64,000 nucleotides of DNA from Octopus vulgaris (lineage: Eukaryota). Shown here piece after piece: positions 15,481 through 27,329 of this stretch (its first letter is position 1; each line of letters opens with the position of its first letter). The notes under the pieces were generated by a model. It made no database searches. It worked only from the letters and a program-made list of their open reading frames with translations, and was not told the origin of the DNA. The DNA is taken from assembly GCA_951406725.2 (NCBI GenBank), contig OX597839.1, positions 16,802,001-16,866,000 on the forward strand. Reading direction: 5' to 3'. A program made the translations under genes and the position numbers.

Positions 15481-16419
15481 TGCCTATATACATATACATT
15501 GGCATATAAACTTTACTATTTGGTACTATTACTCTTTATCTCTTGCTCAGAGATTTAAAGCAAGTTGTTTTTCTTAAAGAATATATAGTATTTGTGAGTG
15601 GAGAGAGCTTTTGTCACTAGCCTGTGGTTGTCTCACACTGAGGATGAGTAACCACCCAGAAACCACATAAGGCTAGAAATGGGACCAATGATCTCCCTTG
15701 GAAATGGACACAAACTGTGTGTTGATAGCCAGCTGGACAAGATGTTTTCATGGGGCTAAAACAACAGTAACATCATCCTTTAGAGGACTGCCACATTCTG
15801 TTGTCTACATAGACATATGTTATTATGTATTTATCTAATGCCATTGATATATGGTTCGTGTATATAGGAATGTACATGCATATATGTATACGTTTGTATG
15901 TGTATATATATATATATATGTGTTTGTGTATATGTGTGTATATGTGTATAGGTATGGATTTATGTATATATGTGTGTATATGTATGTATAGATGAGAAGA
16001 AATAAAGCTTAAAGGTGTGTAAATTGATATATCTATTTACATGCCTTTAAACTTTATTTCCTCCAATATATCGCACTATATTTTTCCACTCTTAATTTTC
16101 TGTTCATTTCTTTCTTTCTTTCTTTCTCCTCCTCCTCTTTCTCTAAATTGCCTTTGATGTTAAATCTATTAACGGTTTTTTAAAAGCTAACTTGCCAGCA
16201 TTACCTTCATCATATACACGGTAATCACATTTGGTTAAAATGGCTTATTGATGTGTTTTGTTTCTCTTTTTCTTCCTGACAAGATGATTACATTGTTTTA
16301 CATCATTTTATTCCCCCAGGAATAATACCAATGTTTTCTTTGAAACATATGTTGGAAATATAAAGATTTGAATAACACCTGTATTTAACTCCATTTCTTA
16401 ATTTGTCTATATGTATGTG

Positions 16420-16500
<81 letters not shown>

Positions 16501-16621
16501 TGTACAAGTATGTGTGTACATGTATTTACATGTATGTATTTGTATAGCTATGTAAATTTATATGTATATGTACACATATACCTATGGTGGTTTCTATATT
16601 AATATGTATGTATGTGTGTGT

Positions 16622-16660
<39 letters not shown>

Positions 16661-17075
16661 CATATGTGTATCTATGATAATAAAAATAGTTTCATTTGAC
16701 TCACTAAATAAATTTAATAACCAAAGTAATAATTATTATAGTGTTGTATAGTTTATAAATTGTATTCTTGTTACAACAATGTTGTTTGTTACTTCTGGAA
16801 GTATTGATAGAGTTTGGATATGCACCATATGTGATCCTTCATCTTGTAAATAATAATAATATAGATTAGTTCATTGAGAACTGTGCTTGTTTGCTTTGTA
16901 TTGATGATTTCTATCAATTCACTAAATTCTCCCTTCCATGGTGTGCAAATAACAATCATTATTTACGTAACTTCAAATCTGGTTACCCCTAAAAAATTAG
17001 TAAATTTGATTTCCATTGCTGTAGCCTAATATATATATGCATATATATATATATATATATATTTTAAAATACATG

Positions 17076-17116
<41 letters not shown>

Positions 17117-17122
<6 letters not shown>

Positions 17123-17375
17123 ATAACTAATTTAGAGATGAACCACCATTTCACAACTCAGTCAATGAAGAACCTGTCCAAAACCATGCTGTGAGACATA
17201 TACCATACAAAATACTAGGTTTTGGACGGGTTCTTCATTGACTGAGTTGTGAAATGGTGGTTCGTCTCTAAATTAGTTATATACATATATATATATTATA
17301 AATTACGAAATTCGGTCTAATATTATTATACTGAATTTTACCTGTAAGGTTGGAATAATAATTTATTCTCTAATA
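17117..17375 (+). mobile_element. Mini fold-back insertion, PLE-type
   Basis: 69-bp arms (17117-17185, 17218-17286) with 2 transition mismatches, 32-bp spacer, unpaired tail, TA flanks. Confidence 0.7.
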
Positions 17376-17385
17376 TTATTATTAT

Positions 17386-17418
<33 letters not shown>

Positions 17419-18057
17419 CATCATCATCATCATCATCATCATTTAGCGTCCGTTTTCCATGCTAGCATGGGTTGGACGGTTCAACTGGGGTCTGGGGAGC
17501 CCGAAGGCTGCACCAGGCCAGTCAGATCTGGCAGTGTTTCTACAGCTGGATGCCCTTCCTAACGCCAACCACTCCGAGAGTGTAGTGGGTGATTTTATGT
17601 GCCACCGACACAGGTGCCAGACGAGGCTGGCGAACGGCCACGCTCGGATGGTGTTTTTATGTGCCACCGACACAGGTGCCAGACGGGGCTGGCAGACGGC
17701 CACGCTCGGATGGTGTTTTTATGTGCCACCGACACAGGTGCCAGACGAGGCTGGCAGACGGCCACGCTCGGATGGTGTTTTTATGTGCCACCGACACAGG
17801 TGCCAGATGAGGCTGGCGGACGGCCACAATCGGATGGTGTTTGTTACGTCCCCAAAGCACGGAGGCCAGTCTATGCGGTACTGGCTACGGCCACGTTCGG
17901 ATGATTTTCTTGTGTGCCACCGGCACTGGTACCACAAAGATACAAATTCCATTGATGTTCATCTATTTTGATTTGTTTTGATTTTCACTTGCCTCAACAG
18001 GTCTTCACAAGTGTCACAAGAAGGAAGGTATGCACAGGTGGACTGGACTACGTCCCA
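17419..18057 (-). mobile_element. RTE 3'UTR-only copy (same family as 3827-6846)
   Basis: Highly similar to 3827-4490 including four VNTR units. TA arrays on both flanks. Confidence 0.92.
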
Positions 18058-18703
18058 GATATATATATATATATATATATAAATAATTAATTAATAAGGG
18101 TGAGAGAATTAGATACTAATTTAATATGTATATATTACCAGTGTGGCCTAGCGTGTAAAAATTTAGTCAATAGACTATATATTATTCATATAAATACAGT
18201 GTACATTTAAACACTTAAGAGGCATCCATCATAGGACTCCTTGCATGCTAGAGAGAACAGTTAAATTCCAAACAACTATTAGGGATAAAATTTTGAAGGG
18301 AATGAAAAATAAAACCATTTACCATCTTTACCATTTTTACACACTAGGCCACTGGTAATGGAAATTTCTAATATTTCTGATTACCCTACTAATTTATAGG
18401 TAGGAGAAGACTTAGATACTTAATTATATGCATTTATATACACACATATCTTATTGTTGCATGTTGTGATGACAAGTGATTATCTTGGACATGAAAGGGT
18501 TTCAATTGGTATGTGTTTGAGATGTAATGAAGTGAATTTCAATGGTTGTGGATTGCATTTACTTGATTGTATCATCCATTAAAGTGTTTTTGTTGTTTTT
18601 TAATCGTAATTGGTGTATGATTAAATAGTTGACGCACATGCCCATAACACAGACACTTGAATTAATTTTTACAATGGAATTTCATATTTTTCTAAAGCCA
18701 AGA

Positions 18704-18783
18704 CCCTGAAGTGACTTTATATATAATGGCACTGTGATTATGTATATCAGAAAAAATATATATAAGTCGAAACAATTTGTTGG
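18704..18783 (+). ncRNA. Degenerate hammerhead (A9U) in a PLE-like relic
   Basis: CC-CUGAAGU-GACUU...AAGUC-GAAA-CAAUUUG-UU^GG. Confidence 0.6.
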
Positions 18784-19031
18784 CCTTTTATAGATTTTAT
18801 AATTAATTATTTATGTTATATAATATTATGTTCTGTTACATTATATTCATAGTATTTAATGTAATATTGTAATATAAATAAATTATTGGATTATGAATAG
18901 AATATCTCTAGATTTAATTTATCTTTATATATATATAAACGCAAAAAAGAACAAACACACAAAAAAAAAACAATATGCGGACATATTGCATGTAATGTAT
19001 TAGCGGACGCTTAGGAAAGGAAAGAAAGATG

Positions 19032-19067
19032 GTTTAATCTTTCGAGCAGACGCTCTTCTTCAGAAAC
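19032..19067 (-). ncRNA. Minimal hammerhead (extra-A variant) in a pLTR fragment
   Basis: GUUU-CUGAAGA-A-GAGC-GUCU-GCUC-GAAA-GA-UU^AAAC. Confidence 0.65.
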
Positions 19068-19267
19068 ACAGGAAAATCCAAAAGGGAAGACAGAGGAAGA
19101 AAATCGCCAACAGCTCACATGTGGCTACATTTTGAAATGACTGGCAGGGTTAGAGCAATCCCCAGCTGCATAAAGATATAGAATTTAATTAAATTCTCCA
19201 AGAAGGTAAGGAGATAGACAAAGAACATGCTGTCTTCACTTCAGCTTAGAATACAATATATATACAC

Positions 19268-20400
19268 CATCATCGTTTAATGTCCGTTTTCCATGCTAAC
19301 ATGGGTTGGATGATTTGACTGAGATCTGGCGAACCAGATGGCTGCACCAGGCTCCAGTCTTGATCTGGCAGAGTTTCTACAGCTGGATGCTCTTCCTAAC
19401 GCCAACCACTCCGAGAGTGTAGTGGGTGCTTTTACGTGCCACTGGCATGAGGGCCAGTCAGGCGCTACTGGCAACGGCCATGCTCAAATGGCGTTTTTTA
19501 TGTGCCACCTGCACAGGAGCCAGTCCAGTGGCACTGGCAATGACCTCGCTCAAATGTTTTTTCACGTGTCACCGGCACAAGTACCAGTAAAGCGATGCTG
19601 GTAATGATCATGCTCAAATGGTGCTTTTTATGTGCCACCAGCAGGGAAGCCAGTTAGCCGCTCTGGCAACGATCACGCTCGGATGGTGCTCTTAGCACTC
19701 CACTAGCATGGATGCCAGTCATTGAATTTGATTTTGATTTCACTTCCCTCAACAGGTATTTGCAAGCAGAATTTAGTGTCCAATGAAGGAAAGGTATGCA
19801 TAAGTGGGCTGGTTACACCCCTGGCATTGGCCACAAGGTTCTGGTCTCATTTGGCTTGCCGGGTCTTCTCAAGCACAGCATATTTCCAAAAGTCTCGGTC
19901 ACTAGTCATTGCCTTGGTGAGGCCTAATGTTCAAAGGTCGTGTTTCACCACTTCATCCCAGGTCTTCCTGGGTCTACCTCTTCCACAGGTTCCCTCAACC
20001 GCTAGGGTGTGGCACTTTTTCACACAGCTATCCTCATCCATTCTCACCACATGACCATACCAGCGCAGTCGTCTCTCTTGCACCCAAACTTCTAATGCTT
20101 CTTAGGTCCAACTTTTCTCTCAAGGTACTTACACTCTGTCGAGTATGAACACTGACATTACACATCCATCGGACCATACTGGCTTCCTTCCTTGCGAGCT
20201 TACGCATGTCCTCAAAGGTCATGGCCCATGTTTCACTGCCATGTAGCATGGCTGTTCATACACATGCATCATACAGTCTACCTTTTACTCTGAGCAAGAG
20301 GCCCTTTGTCACCAGCAGAGGTAAGAGCTGTCCGAACTTTGCCCAGGCTATTCTTATTCTAGCAGCTACACTCTCAGCGCACCCTCCCCAGCTACTGACA
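19268..20400 (-). mobile_element. RTE 5'-truncated copy, diverged subfamily
   Basis: MLHGSETWAMT.EDMRKLAR.EASMVRWMCNV, homologous to 4518-5065, plus the RTE 3' end. Confidence 0.9.
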
Positions 20401-20694
20401 TATTAATAGGAAGGATTAAACAATATATGAATTCGAGTAATCCAGTTGTACTCATAAAAAAAAGCTCCTTAATGTTTTGTCTTACAAAACCTATAGAATA
20501 TATAATACAAGTGAGAAAGATTATATCAAATCATAAATGACAGAGAAATAGCTTGAGAAATTTTATTTAAAAATCTGAAAATCCAAATATCACGACAGGT
20601 TGTTTTGTAACTTAAGAACATGTAAATAATTTATATTATTATATTTAATAATAAATAAATTACTTGTATTAATATCTGCATTAATACAAAATTA

Positions 20695-20985
20695 CATTAC
20701 AAGGATGTTTGCAAAAGGGACATGAAGGCCTGCAACATCAATATTAGCAACTGGGAAGCAGCTGCCAGCAACCGTGGAGATTGGCGACGTACCGTAAAAG
20801 AAGGAACACAAAGGAGTGACAGAGAGAGAGAGGAGAAATGGAAAGACAAGAAAAGATGTCAACAAGAAACTATGCCATTACAACCAGCCAGGAACAGTCT
20901 TTGCTACATTTGCGGCACCTGCCTGAGGGAGTGTTTCTCCAGGATAGGACTACACAGCCACTGCAGGAAATGTATTAGGACATGA
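20695..20985 (+). mobile_element. RTE/BovB-like LINE 3' ORF fragment with terminal C2HC-like finger
   Basis: KDVCKRDMKACNI...WEAAASNR..WR..VKEG...CGTC.RECFSRIGL.SH.RKC. Confidence 0.75.
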
Positions 20986-21585
20986 AATGTAAAAGCTGGA
21001 CTAGACTATTTTATGCCAACCAACCAACCAATACAAAATGTAAAAATCTTTCAAAATAATGCAGAATTTAAGCTATGTCCTCAGGTGAAAAAATGTCTTT
21101 GTTAAATATTAAATTCTTCTTGCAATGTTTCAAGAACACAAAGTCAATATTTAAAAGATTACGGAAGACAATAATAATAAAATCGACATAGAATAAGCTG
21201 GCTGCCTAATTAATAGAAGGGAATTTTAGTAATATAATTTTTAACTAGTAGATATTATTTGTACAATAAAAGAAGAGAGGTAAATTTATACCACCATAAT
21301 TTCATTATTATCTTTTCCAACTTTGTCCCCCATTTTTCAATCTTCTCAGCCCCTTTCTCCAATGAGAAACACTGACCTGGGACCAGTAATGAGGGTAACC
21401 CCTACATATATCTTAGATTGCCTTCACTGTCAAAGGGAAGTGCTAATAGCCTAAACGAATAGGTTGTAATGTAGGATAAGATTAATATAATTTTGTATTA
21501 TTGATTGGGATAGATTAAAGCATAGAAGGAAAGTATCTGGAAAAACAATATTAATTATGCATTCATTGAATATTGTTTAAAATAC

Positions 21586-21890
21586 ATAATTATACATTAT
21601 TTACATTTGACGGATATTTGTCCTCATCTTGTTTGTTGTTAACATGTTTTGGCTGATATACCCTCCAGCCTTCATCAGGTGTCTTGGGGGAATTTCGAAC
21701 CTGAGTTCTCATTTCTAAGGTATTTTTCGATGTTATTATTATTATTATTATTATCATTATTCAGGTCACTGCCTGGAATCGAACATGGAATCTTGGGGTT
21801 GGTAGCCTATGCTCTTAACCACTATGCCATGTGCCCAACTGTAAATGATGTACATAATTCCTCATCTCTTAAATATAGAACTGTACATAA
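21586..21890 (-). mobile_element. tRNA-headed SINE-like element with an internal hammerhead motif and inverted 3'-end copy
   Basis: A box TGGCATAGTGG (21829-21819), B box GTTCGATTCC (21784-21775), (AAT)n linker, then GACAC-CUGAUGA-A-GGCUG...CAGCC-AAAA (21683-21647). The 3' end TGTAAATAATGTA recurs inverted at 21840-21852. Confidence 0.75.
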
Positions 21891-22183
21891 TTATAGTTAG
21901 AATACAGGTAGATACACTAAAAGATGTTTTTATACTTGAATATTGTATAAAAGGGCCAGCCTTGTCAGCAGCCCATATACCTATGTCATGCTCACCACTC
22001 TTACTCATCTTTCAATGTATGTTCTCTCCATCTTGAACTTTCTCAAAGAAGTTCAGAAGATCTTGGCTGAAGAAGTAAGCCTTTCCTAAATTCCCTATTT
22101 TCTCTTTCCCACACCTCTACAACCTCTATCACTTTCACTTTCACTTTAGTCACTGTTTTGAAGAAAACTGCCTGTTTCTGTCA

Positions 22184-22387
22184 CCCTTTAGCATTCAGAT
22201 TACTCTGTCAAACGTAATGCTTATTTATTCACATTTTGGATTAATCATGCATTATCTTGTAGCTTCAAGATTTCAATGATATGATTGTTTATTTTAGAAT
22301 GGCATTGTAGGGTTGATGTGAAAGGCCAGGTCTGGTTAGTTCAAGCATAAAACAGCTAGAATATACCCAGTTTGAATGCTAAAGAAT
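22184..22387. mobile_element. piggyBac-like MITE
   Basis: Degenerate TIRs CCCTTTAGCATTCAGA / TTTGAATGCTAAAGAA. Confidence 0.5.
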
Positions 22388-22492
22388 GAAAAAGAAAAGC
22401 AGCGGATAAACTTCTCATTGAACTCAGATGATGGCTGGATCTGCCCCACTACACAAAACAGGTGTTTGTCATGATACCACAAGTTACACAAG

Positions 22493-22715
22493 AAGGCGGC
22501 GAGCTGGCAGAAATGTTAGCACGCCAGGCGAAATACTTAGTGGTATTTCGTCTGCCGTTACGTTCTCAGTTCAAATTCCGCCGAGGTCGACTTTGCCTTT
22601 CATCCTTTCGGGATAGATAAATTAAGTACCAGTTATGCTCTAGGGTCAATGTAATCGACTTAATCCATTTGTCTGTCCCCTCTATATTTAGCCCCTTGTG
22701 GGCAATAAAGAAATA
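22493..22715 (+). mobile_element. Full-length family A SINE
   Basis: Same sequence as 15132-15365. Flanked by the direct repeat ATGATACCACAAGTT (~22471 and ~22715). Confidence 0.85.
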
Positions 22716-23312
22716 TGATACCACAAGTTCTCTGTGTTGAGATAGTGAATAACTGTGGTCCCTGCACATCTTGGACAGGGTCCAGCTGACTGCACTTGTG
22801 TGCTTGTTGATTATATTCTAAACTGTTAATGTCCCATTTCTACCTCAAATTTGTGACCACTTGAATATTCTCTAGAAGATACAGTTTAGTTGACCCTCGT
22901 AACACCTAAAACACTCTCAGGGCATTGTTGTTCTTGCTCACCATAAACCTTCTAAAGCAGAGATTAGTAACATCATTTTATAATGGCCGGCATTTGAGTT
23001 TTCTTTTTACAATTATCCATGGCCCATGTGTGTGTTTGTGTTTGTTGTCCACCACCACTTGACAACTGGTGTTGGTATGTTTACATCCCCATAAGTTAGT
23101 GGTTTGGTAAAAGAGACTGACAGAATAAGTACCAGGTTTAAAAATATAAACATACAGGGTTTAATTCATTTGACTAAAAATTATTCGAGGCAGTGCCTCA
23201 GCATGGCCACAGTCTAATGACCGAAACAAGTAAACGGATAAGCAAATAAACAAATCTGATAAAACAGCAAACACTACCAACAGTACAACAAAGTTATTAA
23301 CGAGCTTCTTAC

Positions 23313-23675
23313 CTCAGTCCAGTAAAGTAGTTCATCACGAGAAATAGACCTGTTGTAAGGGAACCATTTTATTTTGAATGAACTCAGGTTTCGTTCAATT
23401 GTGTCGAGAGACAAAGTTACTTTCTTCTGTTGTCTCAACAAGTAAAAATGTGGTCTATCATTATTATTATTATTGTTATTGTTATTATTATTATTTGTGT
23501 TATTATTATTATTGTTGTTACTACTACCACTACTATTATTTGTATTATTATTATTATTATTATTTGTAGTTGTGGTTGTAGCTGCAGTTGGTGTATCGGT
23601 TGGCGTAGTAGAGGTATTGTTCTTTGCGTTAGATTGACTGGAGTTACCCTGTGCCATACTTCTAGAAGTGTTCAT
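23313..23675 (-). CDS. Candidate host coding exon, unknown protein with a poly-Asn/Thr N-terminus
   Basis: ATG at 23675; unique peptide DRPHFYLLRQQKKVTLSLDTIERNLSSFKIKWFPYNRSISRDELLYWTE ends exactly at a strong GAG|GTAAGA donor. No family recognised. Confidence 0.45.
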
Positions 23676-23704
23676 TTGTCAAAGCCTTGTGTTTTTCTCC
23701 CAGC

Positions 23705-24420
23705 ATAAATTAATTCCTTTGTTCTAGCAGGGCTCAGCTGTTAAAGCCATGCTTTTAGCAGAGCTTGCAAATTAAATCCTTGCTTCTAGCAAGGCTCAGC
23801 TGTTAAATCCCTGTTTCTAATAGGGATCATAAATCCTTTGCTTTCACAGGGCTCACAAATTCTTGCTTCTAGCAGGGCACACAAATTAAATCTTTCCTTC
23901 TAAGTCCTTGCTTCTAGTAGGGCATGCAAATTAAATCCTTGCTTTTAGCAGGGCTCAGCAGTTAAATATCCTTGCTTCTAATAGGAATCATGAACTAAAT
24001 CCTTTGCCCTCACAGGGCTCACAGATTCTTGCTTCTAGTAGAGCACACAAATTAAATCCTTGCTTCTTGGAGGGCTCACAAAATTAGATCCTTGTTTTTT
24101 GCAGGGCTCATAAATCCTTGTTTCTAACAGAGTTCGCAAATTAGATCCTTGTTTTTAGCAAGGCTCCTAAATCCCTGTTTCTACTGGGAATGCAAATTAG
24201 ATCTTTACCTCAAGTAGGGCTCATCTGTTAAATTTTTTCTTCTAGCAGGGTACACAAATATTGGATCCTTGCTTCTAGCAGGTCTCATCTGTTAAATCCT
24301 TGCTTTTGGTAGGGCATGCAAATAAATCCTTGCTTCTAGCAGAGTTCACCTCTTAATTCTCTTTTTTTTTTTCTTCTAGCAGCATCCACAAATTAAATTA
24401 TCTCTTCCAACAAGGTTCAG
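23705..24420. repeat. Degenerate ~25-32 bp minisatellite (AAATTAAATCCTTGCTTCTAGCAGGGCTCAC-like)
   Basis: More than 20 diverged units are visible. Confidence 0.9.
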
Positions 24421-25317
24421 CTGCCGAAACAAAATAGAAACTTATTATATCTTTCTCTCTCCGTGTCTGTTATTTTCTAACATTCTATTACTCTGTGTGC
24501 ATGATACTGCTGTCACATTAGTTTCTTTATCATTCTCTCTCTGCATATATACCTATATATGTATATCTATTAACAGCATGAATGCATATAAATTTCCATC
24601 TATGAGTTACCAACAAGTGTAAACACCAGTTAGCAACAAGTTCTAACTTACAAACTATTTAATATAATCTATAGAGAGAATGATTAAACAATAAATGACA
24701 AAGCACAGCATAAAAATCGATGTTCATTCTGGTCAAACTGATATTTCTGTATTATATTTCATTATTGATCTGTACAAATGATTGATTATTAAGAAGAAAG
24801 TATATGTTGCTAATTTTGTTGTTGATGTTGGTGTTATTTGGCTCCCACTCGTCCATGACCATCCCACCTTAGTTTCAGTCATAGTGCACATAGGTATACA
24901 ATATCTAAAATGTGTTTCATGTTACAATATGATAAGGTGTAGTTTGAAGGAGATTTGGCTGTTGTTTCTAGCAGGTCAAGTGAACTTGTAGAAGATGGCT
25001 TGCCTCGTTATTTAATATCGATAATGATGTTATTATTATTGGTATTGTTGTTTTTGTTTAATCTTAGGTGAGGCTTGATTAAGCAGATCTATAATAATAA
25101 ATTTTCCACTTTTGACCATCTCAACCTTTTGCAAATCAGGCCGTCATTGTAAAATGTATCCTTTTCTTTTTTGAAGGAGTAGAGTGTGTGATTTGAGAAA
25201 GATTTAGCTACTATTTCTAGCAGGAACTGTGATCATGCAAAGTCTCCATGCTTGGCTCTTGAAAAGATCCGGTTGGTCTGATATGATTTGAGCCTTGATT
25301 GTCACATCCCAGGTTAC

Positions 25318-25348
25318 AGTAGTAGTAGTAGTACTACTGCTGCTGCTG

Positions 25349-25389
<41 letters not shown>

Positions 25390-25480
25390 GGTGATGGTGG
25401 GGGTGGGGGTGCTGCTACTACTACTACTACTACTACTACTGGTGATGGTGGGGGTGGTGGTGGTGGTGGTGGTGCTGCTG

Positions 25481-25524
<44 letters not shown>

Positions 25525-25630
25525 GGTGATGGTGGGGGGTGCTGCTACTACTACTACTACTACTGGTGCTACTGCTGTTGCCAGTGCCACCGCCGCCACC
25601 ACCACCACCACCACCACCACCACCACCACC
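25318..25630. repeat. Compound trinucleotide array (CTA/GGT/GCT/CAC) with a higher-order unit repeated three times
   Basis: Directly visible. Confidence 0.9.
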
Positions 25631-25869
25631 TCTGTGAGGTGATGCTGGCAGAATCGTTAGCACACCAGACAAAATTCTTAAAGGTATTTTGTCCGTCTTA
25701 ACATTCTAAGTTCAAATTCTGCTGAGACTGGCTTTGCCCTTTATTCTTTTTGAGATCGATAAAATAAGTACCATTTGAGCACTAGGGTCAATGTTATTGA
25801 CTAGTCTATGGTTCCCCCAAATTTTAGGCCTTGTGCCTATTGTAGAAAGGATTATTATTATTATTATTG

Positions 25870-26367
25870 ATACAAATATACAAAGCCCAGTATACCCATC
25901 ATGACTACCCGTCTGATGAGGGTACACTAGGCATATGCATCACAACCATATGTGCACAACACATGATCTCATATCAAGATAAACAGCACATGACCTTGCA
26001 GGTGGGGCCGAATTAGAATTTTCTTCAGGTCGAATAGCCCATTCTGCTTAAAAGGTTCCTGAATATGGGTTGTTAAAAGAAGATGTTGAACAAAACACCC
26101 ATGTTTTCAGAGGTGAATTATTCAAACCCCAAAGAATTCTTTTCAACACATGGCTATGATGCTCCCCTGCTACTTCTGCTCATGATCAGAGATGCACATA
26201 TCGTCAGTCACTAAGGGACATGTTCAACTGGTTAAAGTCAAACAATTAACAAGCAAATCTCTGGTATTGAGCAGAATATTTGCTGTAGCCCATCTTTTAT
26301 GCCAAAACAAAACATGTACATGATAACACTTCCAACCAGAAGCCATGAGAGCCTGGTTTTGCATCAG

Positions 26368-26370
<3 letters not shown>
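25870..26370. mobile_element. Unclassified interspersed repeat embedded in (ATT)n
   Basis: ~500 bp complex sequence with (ATT)n on both sides and no ORF. Class uncertain. Confidence 0.4.
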
Positions 26371-26409
<39 letters not shown>

Positions 26410-27329
26410 TGTTTGGTTTTTGTTTTGTATTTGTACAAGTTGACTCCAAGTCTCACCCAGAGACCTCAAGAGACAGGTTAGAAGATCAAGTTGGTTTTAT
26501 GACTAGGGTGCCATATATTTGATTTTGCACAAAGTATTGTGCTAGAGAATGTCTGTCAAAACATAAGCAAATTAGAAGTTTTTATTATCATTATTACTAT
26601 TAAATGAAAACATCCAAATGTTTACATTCAAAATAACGAGTTACTACTGTTAATACCATCAAAAGTGAATATTTTAAAATTGATAATATTAACAGCAGTA
26701 ACATAGGCGGTCACAGGTTTAATAGCATTATATAGTTATAAAATATAAAATTGGCATGAAGGCATTAGGATGCAGAGAGCATCAGCCTATCTAGAAGTGA
26801 AAGCTAAAGTCTCAATTCAACTACTGGAAGGTACCAAAATAATAACAGTAAACCAGGAAATGGATAAAGAATTAAAAAGCACACCTATAAAGATTATGCC
26901 ATTCAGATGCTCATATAACATGGTTTTGGGTTCTGGCCCAATGGGCCTCAACCTTCTTTAGTATGAGTTGTTGGGCAAAAATTCCAAATCTGCCATGTTA
27001 CAAATCCATCAGAATTCTGACTTGTTTTGTGCCAAAAACCAGTCTGCATGGTGCAAATATTTATGAGCAAAAAGATCTGAATGCTTACATTCAAAATAAG
27101 ATGTTACTACTGTTAATACCATCTATGGTGAATATTTTTAAATTGATAATATTAACAGCAGTAACGCAGGCAGTTCACAGGTTTAATAGCATTATATAGC
27201 TATAAAATATAAAATTTGCATGAAGCATTTGGATGCAATAGGCATCAACCAATTCTAAATAGGCTGATGTTTACTGCATCCTAACACATTGTGCTAATTT
27301 TATATCATCATCATCATCATCATCATTAT

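Noticed and set aside
15617-15676. CUGAGGA...GAAA hammerhead-like string
   Set aside because: There is no adjacent stem I, and the sequence folds better as a plain hairpin (CTAGCCT/AGGCTAG).
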